Assembly: GCA_034669905.1 (NCBI GenBank)
Contig: JAXMOL010000024.1
Location: 42,884 to 106,883 of the forward strand
Direction: 5' to 3'
DNA: 64,000 nucleotides
Source: Candidatus Hydrogenedentota bacterium
GTDB lineage: Bacteria > Hydrogenedentota > Hydrogenedentia > Hydrogenedentales > JAEUWI01
The notes beneath the pieces were generated by a model. That model made no database searches, had not been told where the DNA came from, and saw only the letters and a list, made by a program, of their open reading frames with translations. The position numbers were made by a program, and so were the translations under genes. Positions 59,081 through 64,000 of this stretch are shown here, piece after piece (the stretch's first letter is position 1; each line of letters starts with the position of its first letter).

Positions 59081-60919
59081 TCATGGGCATTTTACAATTC
59101 TCCCGACATCACCCTTGTGCTTTGCGTCCGGCTTAATGAACGTGCCATACGCATCCGCATCCCGGTGCCAAATCAGTTTTTTTCCATCTTGTTTGTATAC
59201 TTTCCAATGGGGTGCTTCCATGGGATCTTTACCTGAGTAATGACCCGCCGTATCGGGCGACCACCAGAATTTGTCCTTAGTTGTGTGGTCACGGTAGTAG
59301 ATATGGCCTCCGACCTTGAACGACTTATCGTAGTTGTCTATTCGCCACGGCTTTCTCTCCGGCCCCGCCTCCCCCGTATTATGGACCCACACCTCAGCAT
59401 CGCCGACAAAATATGTGTGGGTATTGTCTACTTCGAAATTATAGACCGTCTGATCGGTATCGACAAGCGTCAGGCGGCCCACCGTCGCCGTATCGTCTTT
59501 GGCGGTGCGGACTTTCATGCCCGGCTTGAGGTCTTCGGTATCGGTCCAGCCGTCGCCGACGACCCAGAATGGGTGACCGAAGGTCGCTGTGATTGTCTCC
59601 GTCGCACCGTTATCCGTGGAGAATTCCACGTCCAAGACGGTCATGTCGGGCGTCACGAAAGTTTGTAGCACCGGCTGGTAGCTCTCCTCGCCCGTTTCAT
59701 CGTCGCGGGAATAGACTTGGTCACCGACCGCAATATCCTCAATGGGGACCCTGCCCTCCGAAGTAAGAACCAAAGTCCCCGCCACAAAACATTTCGGGTC
59801 TTCCTTGCGGAAAAAGCTCTTAATATCGTCGAACAAGCCCCGGGCGCTTCGACTTACCGAACCCACGCCTTTCCCAACAGAGCCACGCACGCCCCTTGCG
59901 GCCCCTGACTTCACGCCACCTGCAACACCACCCACAAGATCCGGGAACAACTTGCCCGCGTCGCGCACGTCGAAATTGGCGATGTAATCCACAAGTGATT
60001 CTCTCGCGCTCCGATAGGAATCCACCGGATTGGTGGCGATCTCATATACGCCAATCAACTGATTCTTAAGCGTCGCTGCCAAGTAAAATGGGTCGGTCTG
60101 CATTCTTTGAACATGCTGTACCGTAGTTATTGTTTCGGTACCCCAATCCGCAAGTCCCAAGGCAAACTGTCCAAAGGCGTAGGGTCCATAGTCCCGATAG
60201 GTTTGCCAATCAAATATCCCGCTAGTGAACGTCCCCACGAAACTCTTTTGATTTCCATATGCTTTCAACCCAAACGGGTCGACCATACTCCAAGGGTTAC
60301 TCGCGGCGTAGGTGTAGCCATTGCCCAGGTTCGCCGCATCCCCCCAGAGGCCGATGGGGTCGCGGCTTACGAATCGACCGAGGGCCGGGTCCATGTAGCG
60401 GTTGCGAAAGTAATAGTAGCCCAGTTCCTCGTCCCAGCGGCGGCCGGTGAAGAGGTAGGGATTTCCGAATGGGGATTCGGACACTTCCAGCAGTGCACCG
60501 GAGGCATCGTAGAACTCGGGTTGGCCGTAGTCGCCGTACTCATAGGCCTCGACGACGGAGCCCGTGTTGTCCGTGAGCTTGACGACGTTGTGTTGGTCGT
60601 CGCCGTGATAATAGTAATCCGATGTCCCCCGGCGCAGGGCGAGGACTTCGTCGATGTAGTTGCCGTAGACATAGCTCGCGGACAGGCTGGCGCTCCCGCC
60701 GCCGGAGACGTCCCATTCCTCCGCCACGCGGGAACCGTCATAGACATAGCGCGTGGCCGTGCCGTCGGCATGCCGTTTTTCAATGCGGCGACCCAGGGCG
60801 TCGTAGGCGTATTCCGTCGTGAAATGGCCGATATTGACATCGTCCACATAACAGTCCCCCATGGTTTCCAGGATGAATCGGTCCGTATCCTGCAGGGGCG
60901 TGTGGTCCGGAGAGCACAA
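59081..60919 (-). CDS. Orphan RHS core + pretoxin HINT + C-terminal toxin (Ntox21/colicin E3-like RNase, tentative)
   Basis: RHS core with DPFG; HINT domain CFVAGTLV...TFGHPF...VYNFEV...HTYFV...VHN; C-terminal WWSPDTAGH...WKVY...DADAYG. No convincing start codon. Confidence 0.8.
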   Translation of the reverse strand: MCSPDHTPLQDTDRFILETMGDCYVDDVNIGHFTTEYAYDALGRRIEKRHADGTATRYVYDGSRVAEEWDVSGGGSASLSASYVYGNYIDEVLALRRGTSDYYYHGDDQHNVVKLTDNTGSVVEAYEYGDYGQPEFYDASGALLEVSESPFGNPYLFTGRRWDEELGYYYFRNRYMDPALGRFVSRDPIGLWGDAANLGNGYTYAASNPWSMVDPFGLKAYGNQKSFVGTFTSGIFDWQTYRDYGPYAFGQFALGLADWGTETITTVQHVQRMQTDPFYLAATLKNQLIGVYEIATNPVDSYRSARESLVDYIANFDVRDAGKLFPDLVGGVAGGVKSGAARGVRGSVGKGVGSVSRSARGLFDDIKSFFRKEDPKCFVAGTLVLTSEGRVPIEDIAVGDQVYSRDDETGEESYQPVLQTFVTPDMTVLDVEFSTDNGATETITATFGHPFWVVGDGWTDTEDLKPGMKVRTAKDDTATVGRLTLVDTDQTVYNFEVDNTHTYFVGDAEVWVHNTGEAGPERKPWRIDNYDKSFKVGGHIYYRDHTTKDKFWWSPDTAGHYSGKDPMEAPHWKVYKQDGKKLIWHRDADAYGTFIKPDAKHKGDVGRIVKCP

Positions 60920-60960
60920 AAGAAACCGCCCAACGGATTACAGTGTAAACCGTTGGGCGG
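60918..60960 (-). terminator. Terminator hairpin downstream of the tRNA 3' end
   Basis: CCGCCCAACGG...CCGTTGGGCGG followed by TTTCTTTT on the minus strand. Confidence 0.75.
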
Positions 60961-60973
60961 CTAGTACTTATCA

Positions 60974-61018
60974 TGGTGGAGCTGAGGAGGATCGAACTCC
61001 TGACCTCTGCATTGCGAA
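60974..61018 (-). repeat. att site: 3' part of tRNA-Ala(CGC), from the anticodon loop to CCA
   Basis: Minus strand TTCGCAATGCAGAGGTCAGGAGTTCGATCCTCCTCAGCTCCACCA. No D-arm or 5' acceptor strand upstream; integrase adjacent. Confidence 0.85.
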
Positions 61019-61158
61019 AGCGATATATAACTAAATAAAGAGAAACAAGGAAAAACTACACTAAGCCACTCACACTGATAAACCCCTTATAAAATGGGGC
61101 TATTCTGCATTTCCTATTGTTCTACTCGTTTCCCGTGGGTTATCATGAGCCATGAAAA

Positions 61159-61182
61159 AATGATAACAGAATGATAACAGAA
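61159..61182 (+). repeat. Tandem AATGATAACAG repeat, candidate integrase arm-binding sites
   Basis: AATGATAACAG AATGATAACAG between att and int; inverted GTTATCAT at about 61138. Confidence 0.55.
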
Positions 61183-61192
61183 AGGAAATGGG

Positions 61193-62434
61193 ATGGCGAA
61201 GCGAGTTTATAATAAACGGCAACAGCTAACAAATACAGATGTTGAAAAGCTCGAACCGGGTGAGCGTTACTACGACGTGGCCGACAGCAAGCAACCCGGC
61301 TTAAAAGTGCGGGTGTACCCCACTGGGCGTAAGATGTATTACGTATGGTTCCAGTTACCAGACGGCCCGCGCGGCACCTATCAGGTAGGCAACGCGGCCA
61401 CCTTGACGGTACCGGAAGCCCGCACTATTGCGCGCAGGCACCTGCTACACGCGGCGAACGGCATAGACCCCCGCGAACTCAAGAGACAGGCACGCGGCCA
61501 CACGCTGCAGACGTTCCTGGATGAAGTCTATAGCGAGCAAGCCACCATTAAGACCGCACAAGAGAACGTGGAGCGCGTAAAACGGTGCTTCGCTAAATGG
61601 CTGAATAAGCCCCTCACCCATATCACTACGGAGCGCGTCCGGGCTTGGCGCTCGAAACGGCGCGCGGGCGGCGCATCTGACAACACCGTTAACCGAGACA
61701 TTGCGGGCTTGCGCGGCGTACTCACGGCAGCGGTTGAAGCCAAAGCCCTAAGCACCCACCCATTAACCGGCCTAGGCGTGCTCAAGCTGGACGCTAACCC
61801 GACACCCCGGTATCTCAAGCCCGCAGAGGTTAAACAGTTCCACGAGGCGTTAGAGGCCCGCGAAACGGAATTGAGGGAGAAGCGCGAACGGTTCAACAAG
61901 TGGCGGCGCGCTCGGAAACACGCCGAATTGCCAGACCTCAGAAATTGCGCATTCGCTGACCACTTAAAGCCCATGATAATACTTGCGTTAAATACCGGTA
62001 TGCGGCGCGGGGAGATCTTCAACCTCACTTGGGCAGATGTGGAGCTGGAAGGCGACAAGCCCCGGTTAACCATTCGCGGCGCTGGCGCGAAGTCGGGACA
62101 CACGCGACATATCCCGCTGAATGCTGCAGCGCTGGGCGCGCTCACCGGCTGGAAGGCGCAAACGACTGATACCGGGCTTGTGTTTAAGAGTCCCAAGGGC
62201 GGCGGACGGTTCAATAACATAAACTCCGCATGGGCGGACCTCATGGGGCGGACGGAGATAGATAGTTTCAGGTTTCACGACTGCCGACACCACTTCGCCA
62301 GTATGCTGGTGCAGAAGGGTATTGACCTTAATGTCGTGCGGGAATTGCTTGGACATGCCGACCTTAAATTGACACTGCGTTACGCCCACTTAGCACCTGA
62401 CAACGCTGCATCAGCGGTGGCGGCGCTGGACTAG
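61193..62434 (+). CDS. Tyrosine recombinase/integrase with an arm-binding N-terminal domain
   Basis: TGMRRGE (R), AKSG (K), HDCRH, LLGH and RYAH (Y). Confidence 0.95.
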   Translation: MAKRVYNKRQQLTNTDVEKLEPGERYYDVADSKQPGLKVRVYPTGRKMYYVWFQLPDGPRGTYQVGNAATLTVPEARTIARRHLLHAANGIDPRELKRQARGHTLQTFLDEVYSEQATIKTAQENVERVKRCFAKWLNKPLTHITTERVRAWRSKRRAGGASDNTVNRDIAGLRGVLTAAVEAKALSTHPLTGLGVLKLDANPTPRYLKPAEVKQFHEALEARETELREKRERFNKWRRARKHAELPDLRNCAFADHLKPMIILALNTGMRRGEIFNLTWADVELEGDKPRLTIRGAGAKSGHTRHIPLNAAALGALTGWKAQTTDTGLVFKSPKGGGRFNNINSAWADLMGRTEIDSFRFHDCRHHFASMLVQKGIDLNVVRELLGHADLKLTLRYAHLAPDNAASAVAALD

Positions 62435-62663
62435 GCGTGTCACTGCTATATAAATTTTCGTTTATCGTCATTTGCGCTTGACTACGCCCTACGCTTTTTG
62501 ATACTATACTCTTACGAGGAACAGTAATGCTGCCTACTGTTCGCGATTAGATATCAGTCCATATCTTCTCACAAGATGGTTATCCACATCTCAACACCCC
62601 CCCACTATAGGTGTATCCACCTACTGGCAGCCATTTTGTCTGCCAGAGAACCAAAAAGGCAAG

Positions 62664-62882
62664 ATGATGAACATCACCCCCCAAACACTCACAGAACGTG
62701 AGGCCGCCGAATATATCGGCATGTCCTGTCAGTTTCTCCGTAGTTGTCGGATGACTGGCCCCAACAAGTCCGGCACGCGCGGCCCCGTGTTCCTTCGCCT
62801 ACCGAATGGGCGAAACATCCGCTATCTTATCAGTGACCTTGACGCGTGGTTACAGGATGCGCGCTCCGGGGAGGCTGTGTAA
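62664..62882 (+). CDS. AlpA/excisionase-like HTH protein
   Basis: LTEREAAEYIG...GPVF...IRY...DLDAWL. Confidence 0.85.
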   Translation: MMNITPQTLTEREAAEYIGMSCQFLRSCRMTGPNKSGTRGPVFLRLPNGRNIRYLISDLDAWLQDARSGEAV

Positions 62883-62886
62883 CACG

Positions 62887-64000
62887 ATGGCCCAGCCTTA
62901 TACTCCGCAGCAAGCGGACAGAAAAAAACCCCATCAAAACGTTGGCGCGTTTGAGGGGGCCGAAAAGCTAGGCTTCTCTCCTTTACACCCCAAGTCTAGC
63001 ACCTCGGCCCCAAATTTGTCAAGAAATCCAATAACCACCGCCTTTGACCGTGGCTGGCCGCTCGTCAAGCTATCCAAGCCCATCGGCACCGACGACAACG
63101 CAGGCAAGCGGCCAATCGGCACCGGCTGGCCTACTAAACCGGGCTTGACTGAGGCGGAAGCATATGAGGCCGTTGAGCAGGGCTATAATATCGGCCTGAT
63201 TACCGGCGAGCGTGCTGGCCGTCTAATGGTGGTCGATATCGACGGCGATATACCGGACGGCCTGCCGCCGACGTTCACCGTACAGTCGGGCGGCGGCGGC
63301 TTACACATGTACTACCGCGTACCGGATGGCGTGGACATCCCGAAGGCCAACAAGGTGGACAAGGTAGCGCCGCGCGTAGACATCCGCTACACGGGCGGGC
63401 AGGTAGTCTATCCGCCGTCTGTACACCGTGGCACCGGCGCGCAGTACGAAATCCTCGACCCTGACGCGGAAATCGCAGAAATCCCGATGTGGGTAGTGCT
63501 CAAGCTACTCGCCCCGGCTGAGCCAGAGCTAGCACCCACGCCGCAGTCAGCCAGCACACCGCTACCGGCTGGCCGTGGATACGTTGCTACCGCACTAGAC
63601 GGCGCTGCGGCGGATATCCGCAACGCGCCGCAGGGCACGCGCAATGCGACGCTAAACACGAAAGCCTACCATCTCGGCGGACGGCCCGCAGTACCGGAGC
63701 ACGAGGCACGTGAGGCATTGGTAGCGGCTGCGATGGATGCCGGATTAACAGAGCAGGAGAGCCGCGCGACGTTCAATAGCGGCTGGACATCCGGCAGGGA
63801 CGCGCCGTATGCCGAGCAGGCCCGCCCACAGCAATCCGCACCACAGGCACCGCGCCCGGCAGGCAGGGGAGCAGATGCGCCGTGGCCGTTCCGCGTGCTT
63901 GGGCACAGCCAGGGTAAATTCTACTTTCTACCCCGTGACGGCGGGCAGGTGCGCGGTATGACTTCCGGGCAGTTGGCGACGATGCCGAGCCTCCTGGAGC
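62887..64000 (+). CDS. Bifunctional primase-polymerase (Prim-Pol) with a PriCT-like region, partial
   Basis: Manual translation: GKRP, NIGLITG, VVDID, SGGGGLHMYY, DIRYTGGQVVYPPSVH and GTRNATLN. Open to the window edge and absent from the ORF track. Confidence 0.85.
   Translation, partial: MAQPYTPQQADRKKPHQNVGAFEGAEKLGFSPLHPKSSTSAPNLSRNPITTAFDRGWPLVKLSKPIGTDDNAGKRPIGTGWPTKPGLTEAEAYEAVEQGYNIGLITGERAGRLMVVDIDGDIPDGLPPTFTVQSGGGGLHMYYRVPDGVDIPKANKVDKVAPRVDIRYTGGQVVYPPSVHRGTGAQYEILDPDAEIAEIPMWVVLKLLAPAEPELAPTPQSASTPLPAGRGYVATALDGAAADIRNAPQGTRNATLNTKAYHLGGRPAVPEHEAREALVAAAMDAGLTEQESRATFNSGWTSGRDAPYAEQARPQQSAPQAPRPAGRGADAPWPFRVLGHSQGKFYFLPRDGGQVRGMTSGQLATMPSLLE

Larger units (their letters stand above)
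60974..64000 (+). mobile_element. Left end of a tRNA-integrated element (int - AlpA/xis - primase), phage-satellite/PICI-like
   Basis: att fragment, arm-type repeats, tyrosine integrase, HTH protein and Prim-Pol; shift in codon usage. Confidence 0.8.

Noticed and set aside
55155..60900. Diversity-generating retroelement TR/VR pair among the RHS repeats
   Set aside because: Differences are mostly synonymous and not adenine-specific, and there is no reverse transcriptase in the window.
60974..61050. Complete tRNA-Ala gene
   Set aside because: Only the anticodon loop to CCA is present. The upstream sequence is AT-rich and cannot form the D-arm or acceptor stem.
62580..62588. DnaA box TTATCCACA as a replication origin
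   Set aside because: A single perfect box with one weak neighbour and no cluster. Chance, or a binding site for the element's own HTH protein, is equally plausible.

Overview
GC-rich bacterial chromosomal window. The gene content (H-X9-DG/DUF1559-type repeats, a DUF1501 + PSD1 cytochrome pair, an LRR/cadherin surface protein) suggests a PVC-like or Ca. Hydrogenedentes-like organism; this is inference only. From left to right: a giant LRR surface protein that runs off the left edge and is absent from the ORF track; a four-repeat H-X9-DG protein next to a membrane C39 peptidase; a GHKL ATPase; a GNAT; serB; an L,D-transpeptidase broken by one in-frame TAG; typA; DUF1501/PSD1. Two near-identical vapBC modules then bracket a sigma54-controlled metal-response locus (triple YHS/TRASH protein, His-rich kinase, NtrC-type regulator, TolC) and yegD. 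Next come low-GC HEPN-like/PIN-like genes, a DeoR-associated sugar catabolic cluster (fused E1, E2, SorE-like reductase, aldolase-SrlD fusion), a second low-GC two-gene insert bracketed by inverted 9-mer repeats, and GH78/NHL/propeller genes. The right end holds an array of orphan RHS toxin-immunity cassettes, a tRNA-Ala(CGC) 3' fragment (att site) and the start of an int-AlpA-primase satellite-like element. The most unusual signals are (i) three homologous 24-25 nt hairpin micro-insertions at a shared ...TAG target in a decayed RHS copy, (ii) many REP-like and 9-nt-period repeats, some bracketing cargo, (iii) a four-head pilin-like polyprotein ending in LxxLSGG next to a C39 peptidase, (iv) an apparently uncharacterised ThDP/lipoyl-linked sugar pathway, and (v) two sigma54 promoters with identically spaced upstream motifs. 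Family names come from motif recognition by eye; no database searches were run.
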